From contig MNCI01000920.1 in the NCBI GenBank assembly GCA_015680685.1, positions 532,443-594,614 of the forward strand: DNA of 62,172 nt, written 5' to 3'. The stretch's first letter is position 1, and every line of letters begins with the position of its first letter. Below the pieces are notes generated by a model. That model was not told where the DNA came from. It saw only the letters and a list, made by a program, of their open reading frames with translations, and did no database searches. This document shows positions 40,001 through 54,300 of this stretch, piece after piece. Position numbers and translations under genes: made by a program. The DNA comes from Gnetum montanum (Eukaryota; Plantae; Gnetophyta).

Positions 40001-42150
40001 TCAGCAACTATATGTGGGTTCTCAATAATATTTTTCATTTTCCACTCTCTTATCTCATAAATATTTTGTGGGGGTTCTGTAGGCATTACCTTATGTAGAT
40101 TTGGCTAATAAAGATTTGTTGCACTCAGAGTAAAAAAAACAGTTGGTGCACCCAACTCATTTATCAAATCAAACAACTGTGCTTTGCATTTTCTCCAGTA
40201 CAAAGGCGTTCCTTGTACTGTTGTTCCAAATCTCATCAAATTATCAACAAAATTATCTAATGGTGCATTTTGTAGTCCTTCACGTAATTCTTAGATTGTT
40301 AATGGTTCTTCTATAATATTTTTTTTAAAGAATACTGATGTTGATTTCAGTGCACGATGTCTCGTTATCATGTTATAAATGTGATACCTGAAAAAAATGA
40401 AAATAAAACTCTATGTACTTAGTTCATAAGATGTCAAAAACATGAATGCTATTTAGAAATGTAAATGTAATTAATTTTTGATACCTGAATCTTTTATGAC
40501 ATCCAAATCTGTGATCCTTATATCGAAGTAGATGTCTAGCATATTCATGTAACATAAAATCCTTGGAACTTCTTGTAAGGAAGTCACATTTTCCACATGG
40601 AAAAAACGTTGGAAATGACATTGGAAGCATTCCAACTGTGTTGAAGTCATTGATGGGTGACTCTGAAATTGTTGGCCATTGTGCGTAATCTGAACTTTTA
40701 ACAATTATATTTTCTAACCAAGATCTTACCAGATCAAGTTCTTTCCCTAAAAGAACTAGACGTGACGCTACTGATGATGTGTGTCTAATAATATTTTCCT
40801 TCTTTAAATTAACCAAAGGACCATCAAACTGTAATCTCATCTCACCATCCTCCTCAGACAATCTAATATAATGAATCCTTTCAAAAACATTAATGTCTTC
40901 TATATCACTGACATCATCCAAAGCATGCTCATCTATTTCTACATCCTGATAGAATGGATCATTCTGTTTCTTATACAATAAGGCAGCATATACACACTTT
41001 TTATTTACAAAAAAGTTATAGGTTGTTCCAATTTGATCAACCTATCTTAAAATTAGCATTGGAATTTCATGAATTCTCAAAGGTAGCCTAGTTGCAATTT
41101 CATATACATCTTGCATAAAACTGATGGTATGTCCTTTATATTGTAATTGACCTCCAATAGCATGCGTAACTTGTAAAATAGGATTAATTCATGATATAAG
41201 CATTTCTTCAACTTCTGATAGTTATGATAAGATTATTGGCTGGGGTTCTGGATCCATATCATTATCAGCAAAAAAACACTTAATCTCTTCACCATCGTGA
41301 TTCAAGATCCCCATTACTTTTTCATTTGCACACCTTGCACATGTTGGACCAAATCTTTGTACAGGTTTCATTAACATACTCAAAAAACTTTCATTGCAAA
41401 TACCACATGATCGGGGAACACTAAACTTATCAACCTTGCTTGAAAATCTTGTTATTGTATGCATGATTTCTATATTTGACTTATGAAGATTTGGATAAGA
41501 TACCTAATTGTTCGTATGTTCAGAAGATATTTCTTGATGTTCCATTCACAATCTTGGTTGACCTTGTTCCTGACCAAGTCTTGCAACTAAATCTAACATT
41601 TCTGCCACTTCTGCTTATCTTTTTTGTTGTCTAAAATGTTCTTGTCTTTCACACCCTTGTGCACATCTTTGTTCCATAGTAACAATATCTATAGGATTTA
41701 TAAGTAATTCATCTTCGACCATCAAATCACCATGACCACGTCCACAACCACGTCCTATATCTAAAATAACTTCTTGATGCAATCAAGGCTGATGAACATT
41801 TTCATCATTAGGAATGACTGCAAAGTGATTTTTGTGTTCATCTATGCATTCTCGTCCTTGTCCACGTCCACATCCACGACCTCTTCCTTGTCCTTGTCTG
41901 TGATCTCTTCCATTCTATGAAATATTATTATACAAAGTGACCTAATATGTTTAGCTTTATTAAATCAGACATTAAATGAATTTCATCTAAAACAAAAATA
42001 AAATTTCATCTACAAACCTCACTTCCTTCCACCTGTTGTTACTACATTTCTGCTCGACGTGTTCTTTGACGTAAGCGATGTTGTTCCATTCTTTGCAACT
42101 CCAAAGGATCTCCCCGTTCCTGAGCTTCTCTTCTTCAATCTCTGAGACGT
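37040..42150 (-). pseudogene. Helentron/Helitron2 (HLE2)-type RepHel transposase with introns
   Basis: RG-rich N-terminus; CxxC...CxxC; VEEMLIS...YKGHTISF block (DUF6570-like); FPTFFPCG; HUH Rep motifs VFFTLSA, YEWQHRGSPHVHG, KYIAKYAAK; PIF1 helicase GTVGTGKS, IIDEMS, GDLAQLPPV, LAWALTIHKS*GMTL. Introns 41915-42017, 40388-40484, 39519-39615. Confidence 0.92.
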
Positions 42151-42196
42151 TGTTGTCTCGCTCAGTTTAACTCACACACTCTATCACCTGTTGGAT

Positions 42197-42209
42197 CTAT
42201 ATTTATAGG
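42197..42209 (-). promoter_or_regulatory. TATA box upstream of RepHel
   Basis: cctataaatatag on minus, just upstream of the coding region. Confidence 0.5.
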
Positions 42210-42237
42210 AATGAGAATTCTTATATAGTATTTTATA

Positions 42238-42513
42238 TTAAATTTTAAATAAAACCCAAATCTAAAAATAAAAAATTAGTTATTTTTTTAAAGAAACCTA
42301 AGGGACCCAATATGTTTTTAAATATAACCCAAACCTAAAAATAAAAATTAGTTGTTTTTTTAAAAAACCTTGTATAGTATTATGGGTTGTATTAAATTTT
42401 AAATAAAGCCCAAATCTAAAAATAAAAAATAAGTTATTTTTTAAAAAAAACGTAAGGCACCCAATATGTTTTTAAATATAACCCAAACCTAAAATTAAAA
42501 ATTAGTTATTTTT
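42238..42513. repeat. ~154-bp tandem duplication (AT-rich)
   Basis: aattttaaataaa(a/g)cccaaatctaaaaata...cccaatatgtttttaaatataacccaaacc occurs twice. Confidence 0.85.
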
Positions 42514-43369
42514 CTAGAATTATTTGGGAAATAAAATTCCACAAAATATTAAGCTGAGCAAGTTTCATACCCATTGCCGATTTACTGCCCTTCAGTAGGC
42601 ACTCCTGAATCCAACAATCCAATGCAAACTCTTCATAAAATGAGGCGTATTTATGGTTTTTAACAGACGCAACCTTTGGAACGAGGATGCAACCTTTCTA
42701 AACATATATATTTTTGTTTTGCAATTGACATAACCTTTCATAACACGACGACGTAACCTTTCATAAAAAAAATAATGATTAAGAAAAAGGAAAAAAAAAT
42801 TAGGAGTAACTATAGGAGCAAATTTATGAAAAGGCAGATAACTATAAGAGTAATAATTTTTTCATATTACAAAAAAGAACTATACTCTAATTTTTCTATT
42901 GCTACTCTTTTATTTCAGACTATGTTCTACCATGGAAACCTACCATCGCCTTGAAATGCAGATTGGGATTTGGACCTTCTCACCTGTAGGAATATGAGGC
43001 AATTCTTTTGTGTCAGTAGCTAGATTGCTATAAATTTCTTATCTATGGATTCTTTTCAAAACATTATCCATGATTCATATGGGTGTTAACTTTTGCGACT
43101 TTTGTTGTCCAACTCAACTCAAAACATTCCATGCTACTCGTTTGGATTTCAGCGGTCACAGAATGAAAGATATTCAATAATTGCAAAGAACCCCATGTCT
43201 ATGCTAACTCAGGCTTTGTCTGCAAAATTGAATGGAAGAATCAATGCCATGTCCCATATTTTTCAACCGCCCTTACCTCAGCAAAAAATTACTGCGTTGC
43301 ATCATTGCCAACCACGAAGTTTCTTGGCTTTTGCTACATGAAATAAACGTGGAAATAAACAAATGACAT

Positions 43370-43770
43370 CTACAGGCCAACCGGCAAACAAAGTTGAATT
43401 TTCAGATCAGTATCAATTAGCAAAGCTGAATTAGTAGACGTAGAAATGGACGTGATGCTACTCTGCAAGCCATGGGACTTCTTCCTCATTTGGTAACCTT
43501 CAGCCTCAGAGCGGCTGTACGCCGGTACTACCACAAGTATATACAGGAAAATAATTTAAACATAGTCTTACAGGACCGTAAATAACGCAAAAGGGATGCA
43601 AAAGAAATTTCTGGTTCTATACACGAATTTCAAAAAGCAACGCAAATTAGAGAAGACGAACTGGGTGATGCATCAGTACCACCTTATCAAAGGATGAGGA
43701 GGAAGAAGAGGATGAAATAGAGGAAGAGCAATGTTGGAGGAGGAGGAGGTCAAGCTGAGCAAGTTTTAAG
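43370..43770 (+). pseudogene. NAC transcription factor fragment (SOG1/NAC073/NAC075-like clade)
   Basis: KGCK/(fs)[26 protein letters not shown] followed by an acidic run; degenerate GQPANKVEFSDQ resembles GLPAGVKFDPSDQ. Confidence 0.85.
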
Positions 43771-44257
43771 AGGTGGAGCAGGTCTTCCATGATGGAGGGA
43801 TCGCAGGGTGCTACTTGATTTTTGCAAGCATTAGCTTGGCATCCAGACTAAAAATAGTTTTGTACATACGCTAAATATAAAGCTAAATATAGTCCGCGAT
43901 ATTTAGTTAACAGAAAACCAATTTCTGCAAGCGTTAGCTCTTGGACTATATATTTAGTTAATAGAAATTCTATATACAGAACTCTCGACCAATTTTTATG
44001 TTAACAGATATATATCCGAAATGCCCAGCTTTAAGGTTGCCATCATCGTGAACATTTCTGCAAATGCAAAAATGAATCACCATGCAGCCTTCTGACCCTC
44101 TACTTCCTTCTTCTTACTTGCGAACAATCCTCACACAGTCCCTTGTGCCATTTTTCATTCCAGTTTGCTACTCATGTTGTTCATGCTTCTGCGTTCCTAT
44201 TTGCTACTCTGCACTCGAATTTAAGGGTGACGCTGCTTTGCACTCGGATTTAAGGTT

Positions 44258-44540
44258 GCATTATTCACAAAGTTGTGTTACCGAAATAGCCTATCTAGAA
44301 TTTTACACGTCAGCGTTATGCACTAAGTTGGGTTATCAAAATGGCCTCTCTGGAATTTTAGTTACACGTCAGCGTTATTCACAAAGTTGCGTTACTGAAA
44401 TAGCCTATCTGGAATGTTACATGTCAACGTTACATGTCAGTGTTATTCACAAAGTTGCATTACCGAAACGGGTCGTGGGAAAGTCAATGTTGGTCAGCGT
44501 TACGCACAAAAAAATAGCATTACCGATTTATGACTGGTAA
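44258..44540. repeat. ~57-bp minisatellite (4-5 copies)
   Basis: Unit gttattcacaaagttgcgttaccgaaatagcctatctggaattttagttacacgtcagc. Confidence 0.85.
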
Positions 44541-47500
44541 TGGCCTATCAGCCAAAAAATGATTAATAAATCCCTATTTTGGTGATGATTTAGTTGATGT
44601 GCATTGATGGATTATCTTAAACATCTTAGCTTCTTAAGAATTTTAAGGAGGGAAAGAAATGTTATTACCTTTATGCCATTCTATGGAGCAATAATTAAAG
44701 AAAATAAAAATAAAATCCCACAAGATACATGGTAATATGCATAAAGAAAGTGAAATGCTATTTGTGCTTGAAGTTATATTTTTGAGATAGGATAAAGTTA
44801 AATATAAGTAGAAAATGCTTGCATTGTGAACCTTGTGTTTTGGTACTAGCAAAACCAAAGAAACAAACGCACTAACTAAGAAATGGTTGATATAGGTTAA
44901 ATAGCAAAAATATAAGGATACTTCCTCATGATGATGAAAAATAATTCATATGATAAAACACATGGTACTTTGTTGGTGTATCATTTCAAAGGTTGACAAT
45001 GATTCAATGGCCTACAACATTTGCATCCTTATGTTCAAAGTTCTTGGAAGTTTTGAAATGAATCAAGGGACATACTAATCTAGTATTTATCTTTATCAAT
45101 TTCATAATTAAACCAGCACATCATAATTTTTTTCTATATTCAATCATTGAAAGTATTGTTCTTACTAATGATCAAAATAATGTATGGTGTAGAGGTAGAG
45201 ATTAATCAAATATGTTTCTAACATTAAAATTCCCAAAAAGAGTAGAGAAAAAGTTTCATAAATCCCTATTAGTACTCTCATCAAAGTTAAATGAATTGAA
45301 TCAACAATTAAATTGTTCCACAAAAAAATTTTATCAAAAAGTGTTTAGCCTTACTTCACATTGAAAAGAATTTGGATAGTATTCTGCAAAGAGAAATGAA
45401 GAAAAAGGCAAAAGAGAAAACCTAATGGCATCATCATGAAGACCCTTCTTCATGGGCAAGTCATAAGTAAGAAGAAAAACAACTTAGCTTAGGTGTAGTT
45501 TTCTGCAACCGCAACTTGTCTCTACATCGTTCAGCACATAATGGTAACAAATGCAATAGACACATTTGTAGAGGCTACCATGAAACCAAAACCTTCTAAA
45601 TGACACAACCCATCACAATAATGGCCATCTCCAATGACCTAGCCACTACACTAACACAATTGCTAGCATCCTTCTTCTCTCACAGACCATGGGAAAGATT
45701 GGAGACAAAGGTTTTCATAGAACCAAATCCCTAGACTACATTTTCATAGGCAACACGTCTCAGGTAGTTACAACTAGAACATCAATAGATTGAGATCCAG
45801 AGACATTCATCAACAATGGTGAGTAGCAAGCATTGCATGCATAAAGAGTGGATAGTTAGTGGCAGCAATGTAGTGGATTGCAGAATGTAGAAAGGATTTT
45901 TACTCAATAGGACAACACAATATTTCAAGTGTATGCACAAGCAATCAACACCTACAAGAAAAGCTAGGTTCATTGAAAAAAAAGCAAAATACACAACAAA
46001 AAGAAAGAAATTTTTTGAAAAATATGCAAGGAATACTCATTAGCAATGTAGCATAAGCTAAACACTATTATTTTCAAAAGAGGGTTTCCTTTATCATTGG
46101 CCAACACTATAATATTAATATAGGCATAAGGGTGTAATATGAGATTTAGCAATGATATACATCAAGGAAAACAGAAAAGAAAATGTTATCATTTTTTAAG
46201 GAAAAAGAGAGATTATTGGGTAGGATGCTTGCTAACCATGGTATATATTTCTTAAGTTATCATAAATTTGTAGACGTTTTAACTTCCTAGGGTGGTGTAA
46301 CTACCCTAAGGTCACTATATAAGGACCTTCAAGGGTAGAATTAAAAAGGAGGAAACATTGGGTGGAGTAATTTTGAAGAATATTAAAGATTGTAAAAGCA
46401 TGGCTTGTTAAAGAAATTAATTTAGCTTCTTTGTTATAATCCTATGAGTTCATTCTTTTCCATTTTGTTTTAGTTACTTAGATAATTGTTTAGGTAGTAT
46501 CATTCTTGGTATTTAATTTTGGAATATGTCCTAGGTTACTTTTATAGCTCTATTTTTGCACAATATTAAACTCCTATTAAGATTCACCATAGAAGAGCTT
46601 ATGTTGTTAAAAAACCTCAAGAGTAATTTAATAGTAATGTCTTAGTGAAATTTCCTATTTTAAGCATAGAGCATCTAGGAGAATCTTTGGTATTTGAGAT
46701 GGCTGAAATAACTTCATTGTTTTAAAGTGTATTTCCTTGGTATTTCAATCCTGAAATTCTAAAATGTTTTTAAGGCTCTGTTGAATGCATTCTTTGACAA
46801 CTATTAAATAACCAAAATAGAGACTTATACTTTGTTGTTTACATAGCAAATTTTGGTAGTATCATAAGACTATCTTTATGAAATTACTTGTTGAGCTCAT
46901 AAGGTTTGGATAATTTGTAGTTAGATTGAATTGGAATAGTCTTATGGAAAACTATTTCTTTATGTTAATTTATTTTTCTTAAATATTTGTGATTTCATGC
47001 AAATCGGCTTTCTTTTCTTTATTTTTTGAAATCCATTGAATTTTTCTCTATTTCTAGTTTTCTTTTAGAATTTTCTCTTTGGGAAAAATTAGGAGTAGAT
47101 TAGCTGAATTGTGCTCAAATGTTTTTTGCAAAATTTTATTTGTTACAAGTAACATACTATAGGGACCATATAGACTAAGTGATTGTACAAAATAGGAATC
47201 TCCAACAACTCACAGTATTTGACAAAGTTAGCTAAATATCTTTTATGACAGCCAATTACAGTTTTATACACAACCCAGCCATTTCAACATTTGAAATAGC
47301 AAACACATACTCATGATTAGTTTTTTTATAACTATTGAGTTTATTTGGAGGTATTTGAACCTTGCTGTTGCTAAAGACTAGCAAGCATCTAAACCATATT
47401 TGAAGAACACCTTCAATCTCGTGACCCCCAGTCACGAGATCTAGAGGCCTCCAATGTTGGTGGTCTGGTCCCAAATGATTGCCAACATACATATTCAACA

Positions 47501-50392
47501 AGTGAAACCATTTCATGTCTTTTCCAACTCCTTTAAATACTCTACCTCAAGTGCCAAACCATTTAACATCCATTTAATTTTCCAAATTTTGACTCTTAAC
47601 GATAGTCTTAGGGATGTCAAGTTTGACACTTAGGCATCAATTCTTCTTTCTCTATTCTTTTTATATTATTTTTACATTCTTTTTACTTTTTCATCTTTTT
47701 TCCTAATTTTTATATTCTTTAATATCTTTTCCATTCATTTATATTTTCTCTTTCTTATTCAATTTTCATTCTTTAATATTTTTCAAATTCTTCATACGTT
47801 TTCCTTTCTTATAATTTTTCCATAATTCTTATCATTTTCATGTACATACATTTGTTCATTTCTCTAATAAAGTATAAAGGAATAAAAGAAGATGTAGTCC
47901 AAACAATAAGAATTTCATCCTATGTTATCAAAACATTAAAAGACTTGTTATATATGCAATGAGACTATATCATCCATCCACTCATTTCTAATAATAAGAG
48001 GTTCTTACCATGGATGTAATGATATTCTATTCAAAGTAAAACTAAAATAAACTTATGATCATTATGCGTGGATAGAAAAGTAAAGGACCAAGTGAGAATG
48101 AAAAGAGTGTGACATCAAGGAGACTTGTGGATTATCTAAGACTCCTACTATAAGTCTTGTCCTATTGTTATGTTATATTATTCACTTGAGTTATAATGAA
48201 AAATGAAACTATGTCTAAAATAAGTGTTTCCTTACCATGTCACTAGAAAGACATGTTACTTGTACCTAAAGGTAGTCCTCTAGCAAGGTTAACATAGGAA
48301 TAACCTAATAAATACACATAATAAAAATTTTTAGGGGTTTCACTAGAAAGACATGTTACCCATACTTGAAGGTACTCTTCCATCCAATGGACAAGTCTCC
48401 TTTAAAAATAAAATGTGTTGATAATAAATTTCGTCATTAAACTTCATTGGTAAGTATTAATATTTCTTGTAGTTGTGGTAGTTTTGTAGTTGTTAGTTTT
48501 GGAATGATACAATGCGATGTCACTAGTAAGTGGGATGACTTGATTTGGATCTTTAACAAAAGGGCTAATGATCATGTTAATCATGCATCACACATAGAAT
48601 TCATTATGCCAATGATAAGACACCTCACATCCCATTTTCTACAATCCTTGCTACTACCATTCCACCTTACTATTATATATAATCATAATTTAAAAGTTTT
48701 GTATAATATAGTGTTATATTCTAATTGAATTAATACTAACATGTGTATTTTTGGAAGATAGGTGTGTTTTACATTCAACTCCTTGAGTGCCTAAAGGCAC
48801 TTCTGGATGTGATTATGCAAGGGCACTAAAAGCATGGGCCTAATTTGGAGAGGATTCACTTGTATAAATTTTTTGCTTCATATCTAATAACCAATTCCAT
48901 ATCATCTTGTTCCTCTATAACACTCATATGATCATTGTTATTTTTCCTATATACTCATCTTTGATCATATATTCAATAGTTTTTAACAACAATCTCCTAT
49001 AGAAGCTTAATTAACTAATCTTGCCAAAACTCCTTCTTTCACATCCTTTTGACAATAAATCCTTACATTCTAAGCATCACCTATGATCAAGAACCCTTTG
49101 AAACATCTCTATAATTTCTAGGCTATCCAATTTATTCAATTTTCCCATAAAAAATCACACAAAATCATGAAAAATTCAGAGGTGATATATTACATATGAT
49201 GTATTAGCTCCTGTGATATCACATCCAAAATGGTGTATCTATGATGTATTTGCAAAAAAAAAATCTATATATATGCATGGTGTGTTAGCCATATTTTTCC
49301 ATTCTCTCTCATTCAATGCCTAGGGAGTTCATGATGTTTCTCTAACCTCGAAACTTCCAAGAGCCATATCTTTCTCGCCGTAACTCCAATTTTGAGCCAT
49401 TTTAATTTCATTTTTCTCATGGATGAACCAACTTAGTTGTGGGGAAGAGTACTATACATAGTTGTAGGAATTTCATTGAATTTTTCTAACACTTAGAAGA
49501 ATAAAGATAGGGTACGAACAATAGGAATAGTCGCATTTTAAAGCAACAAGGGATAATAAACTTAAAAATTATTTCCAAATAATCATTCAAACATATTTTA
49601 ATAATAAATTAGCAATTTTGATTAGTCATGAAGCCTAAAATTATTTGTAAACATTATGAAATTCTATAATTAAGGGTTTTTACAATTTTTTCTAACTCTA
49701 TAGTCTCAATAAAAACTAAAACGTAATAGTAAGAGTTGATTTTGGTCAAATCCAGGAACTTGAGAAAAAGTTATGAACAATTAGAGATTCTTATGAAATC
49801 CTTAGGTGATCCTAAAAGAATTATTTATGATTGCAGATGCCTCCTAAAAGACCCATAGCATAAGGACCATCAAACCCAAGAGGAAAGAGACACATGGAAA
49901 GGGGACTAGCCAAAGACTAAACTCCACCTATAGATAGAGGACTTGATAGAGTACATGAGCCATGTTAATAGTAGGTAGGCCTAGAATATAGCTAGAATAG
50001 CAAGGGACCATAGTTTATGCATTATACGAGAGCATTTGTAGATAGAAAAGTTATATACCAGAAGCTACACATAGAAAACTTTGAACTGCATGTGGTCAAA
50101 GCTAGCTACTAGGATCAAAAGAATGTAGTAGCAAACCTGGCTAGAAGAATGACCAACTAGCAAGAACTAAGAAAAATATTGAAGAAGAGAGAAGATAGTT
50201 TATGGCTTAGTATGTAAAAACCAACAAAATGTTCCCATAGTTATTTTGTCCATGGGAAGTATCAACTCTAGCAAACATCACTAAATTTACCTAGATGATA
50301 CATGATCCTAGATTAGAAGAAGTAAAGCTTTGGTTACTACTCAATAGATATCAAATTCAAAAGCCTGATAATAAAGCAAAGAATCCAATGGA

Positions 50393-51391
50393 TGGATCAA
50401 GTTCACTCCACAATTAAATCACCTTCAATGCACTAAATCTAGATATTATACAAAGACAAATTTATTTGCTAGAAACATACGAAAACTATCTATCTTCAAT
50501 TAAATTATTCAAAGATTACAATAGAGCTCACACAACCCACAAGCATCCAAAAACCTATCAAACTTAAATTATATTGCATAGCATGAGGCTCTACAATCAC
50601 GCAATGGTTGTTCTCAATAAAAGACACAACCAAGAGAAACCTCTTTCACAACCCAAGATTGAGATCTCAACTCACAAGTGAGATACAAGAGAATAAAACA
50701 CATAGATCAACATAACACAAGCTAATCTTGGAGCTGAAATCACCTATTACACTCATCCAATGTGCTCACCCAATCTCTCTTTCCTAGTTCTCCTTGCATA
50801 CAAGCTCTTCTCCTCTCTCATGGATGAAGGCATATATCATTAAAATGATCCAAAACTCTAGGAAGCTTTCTATTTGCCTTGCTAGATGTTTTCCACATGG
50901 ATCTAGAGTCTTTTTATTCTTTCCTAATCAAAATGCCACATCAAATATTTTCTTTTTAATTGACATAGATGTCTCTTGTTTTATGCAGATGTCTCCTACG
51001 AGGGCTTTGTTCTTGGGAGAGATGTCTACTATTTTAAGGAGACATCATCTTTGGAAAAGAGACATCTTCACTTTAGGAAATATGTCTCTAGAAACACATA
51101 TTTCTTTTTGTAGAGACATATATCCTAAAGGTGCCAAAAATAAAAATTCTTCTTTGGATGTTGGAAGCCTCTGGATGCCTTCCAACAAGTTCCCATAGAT
51201 CCTAGAACCTCCTAAACTCATCAAAATAAGCCAAAAATGCCTCCAAAAATGCCAAAACATCCAAGAATCTTCACCATAAAAATTCAACATAAAAACTGGA
51301 CACATGTGTCTAAGTCTTCTTCAAGTGTGAAACCTGCAAAAACAACTTGTAGGACAAGCACAAGGGAATCAAAAGAGGTGTTCCTACACTA
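50393..51391 (-). repeat. 3' LTR of CRM-like element
   Basis: Colinear with 55497-56503; adjacent to the PPT. Confidence 0.9.
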
Positions 51392-54300
51392 AGTCTCCCA
51401 TCCTTCAAAAAGTAAACTCATGTGAACAAGGGAGTAGGGGTATAAGTGATCCCCCACTCAACAAGTTTGGTCTCACAGATGCATACAACATCATCAACAA
51501 ATTGATCCTCCGAATGGATCAAATATTCATGCATCTTGACTACTCAAGTGCTAGAAGCTTTCCTCCCCTTGAGCACAATTTTCTGATTCTTGATTGAAGG
51601 CTTGGACTGATTAATAGCCCCATTCAATTCATTAATGCTTTCCTATATGGTCTCCTCATTAGCTAGTCCATGATAGTGCATAATATCTAAAACATTAAAC
51701 ACAAAAGACATACCAACATCATTTAGTAAATCAATCTCAAAAGCATTATCATTAATCTCAGCCTTGATTTTGAAAGGTCCCATCTTCTTAACTTTCAATT
51801 TGGAGATTTTAACATCTCTCAATCAATTCTTCTTCAAGTGCACCCAAACCAAGATATTGACAACACAATTACACTTCCACTTGTTATCATTCCTCTTGAG
51901 GACTCTCTCTTTAGCCTTCTTTTGAAGATTTTATTTTACTTGTACATGGAGATCCCTCATCTCTTGCACAAAATCAGCACTAAGTTGAGCTTTACCATCA
52001 AAGATCTTCAAATTATCCACCATCCTTTGACAAAATTCATAGTTCATCTCAAATGGTCTTTTGTTAATTTCAACATGAAAAGTATTATTATATGAAAATT
52101 CAGCATGACACAATAAGTTTTCCCACCTATGTGGTTGTCCATTACACAAAGATCTCAATATGTTTAGCAAGGACTTATTCACTACTTTCATTTGGCCATA
52201 AGATTATGGATGATATGCACTAGAAAAATTCAACTTTTTCATTAAAATATTTCAAATGGATGTTCAAAAATGACTTATGAACTTGGAGTCTCTATCACTA
52301 ACAATATTCAAAGGAATACCATGCAACTTCACAACATGCTAGAAAAATAAATTTGCAACTTGAGAGGCATCACTCACCTTCTTGTATGAAATAAAATGTG
52401 TCATCTTGGGGAACCTATCCACAACAACAAAAATTGCATCATTCCTACTCTTGGTCTTTGGAATGCCACTCACAAAGTCCATTGACACAGTTTTCCATGA
52501 GCCTTTGGAAATTGGCAAAGGCATATAGTGTCCATACATACCTTTACCTCCTTTGAACTTCTAACATGTCAAACACTCCTTCACAAATTTTGAGACTTAT
52601 ATTGCCATACCAAGCCAAAAATGGTGCCTACCCACAATTTCCAATGTTTTATCCCTACCCATGTAACCTTCCATGCCACTACAATGCTTTTCAAACAAAA
52701 CATTTTTCCTAAAATCACAATTAGGAACACATATCTTTTCATTCTTAAATAGTAGTTCATCTTAAATATTATAGTCCCTCCATTTTTCTATCCTATTCAT
52801 TAATGGCTCTTTGAGGCTTCTCCAAACCTATCCAAAATCAACATCATGCTCATAGAAAGAAGCAAAATCACCCATACCTTCCACATGAGGTACACTGAAA
52901 TTTACCACATGCATCCTGGATAATGCATTAGCTACCACATTGGATTTTTTCCTTTTTTGCTTCAACACAAGATTGAACTCTTGTAATTGTGCAACCCACT
53001 TCATGTGCTTTGCACTCAACTTCTTTTGTGAGTTTAGAAATTAAAGTACTTTGTAGTTGGTCATCAAAGTGAATTCTTTGGGCAATAAGTAATGCCTCCA
53101 ATGCTTGATTACTTAAAGAACAACAAACTTCTTCTCATATACACTATATTTTTTCCTTAACTCATTCAACTTTTCAAAAAATAAAGCAACAAGCCTACCT
53201 TCTTATGAAAGTACCCCACCAATGGCAAGTCCACTTGCATCGACCTCCACATGAAAAAGCTTCTAAAAATCTAGAATTGCAAGTACCAGTGCACTGGTAA
53301 TCTTCTCTTTCAACAAGTCAAAGCTCCATTGGGTTTCATTATCTCACCTAAATTCTTTATTTTTCTTCAACAAAGCAAACAAAGGCCACAAAATATCACT
53401 AAAATTTTCAATGAATTATCTATAAAAATCTACTAAACCAAGGAATGATCTTACCTCCCAAACATTCTTAGGAGTTGGCCAATTCCTTATATCCCTCACC
53501 TTGGTAGCTTCCATCCAAATCTGATTTTTAGAAACCACATGCCTCAAACATATGATTTCCCTCTTGAAGAAATGAATTTTCTTCACATTGATCACTAACT
53601 ATGCCTCCTTCAACTTTAGGCACACCATCCTTAAGTAATCCAAGTGCTCTACCTCATTAGAGCTATACACCAAAATATTGTCAAAAACGATAATACAACA
53701 CTTACAATCAAGTCTTTTAATACATCATTCATCAACCTCATGAATGTAGCAAGTGCATTTGTGAGCCCAAATTGCATCTCCAACCACTCAAAAAATCCAT
53801 CCAATGTTTCAAAAGCTATCTTCCACTCATCACTAGGCCTAATTCTAATTTGATGGTATCCACTCTTCAAATCAATTTTGCTAAATATTTCAGAATTTTT
53901 AGGGGCATCAAGGATATCATCCATCCTTGGAATAGAAAACCTATACCTCACTATTATCTTGTTAACTACTCTAGAATCAATGCACATTCTCCATTCATCG
54001 TTGTCCTTCTTTGGCACTAGCACCACTAGAACTGCATAAGGTAAAATGGATTACCTCAAGAATCCATTTGCAAGTAATCCCCCTACTTGCCTTTGTAATT
54101 CAGCCCTTTGATTTGGTGCCATATAGTAAGCTCTCTCATTTGGAATGGTAGCACTAGGAATGAAATCAGTTTAATGTTGTACATTCCTCATCAATGCTAG
54201 TCCATCCAGTTTTCCCTTGAACACCTTGGAAAATTTCTCCTTCAAGCCTAGCACACTTGTAAGAAGTTCAACCTTAAATCATCATGGTTAGTAGCAATTT

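Larger units (their letters stand above)
36783..44555 (-). mobile_element. Putative full extent of the Helitron-like element
   Basis: RepHel plus upstream TATA, tandem repeats, NAC fragment and minisatellite, bounded by ctatcRgccaa motifs. Termini are not established. Confidence 0.4.

Noticed and set aside
44600-50390. Short ORFs and LTR-like remnants
   Set aside because: No recognisable motifs or definable boundaries.
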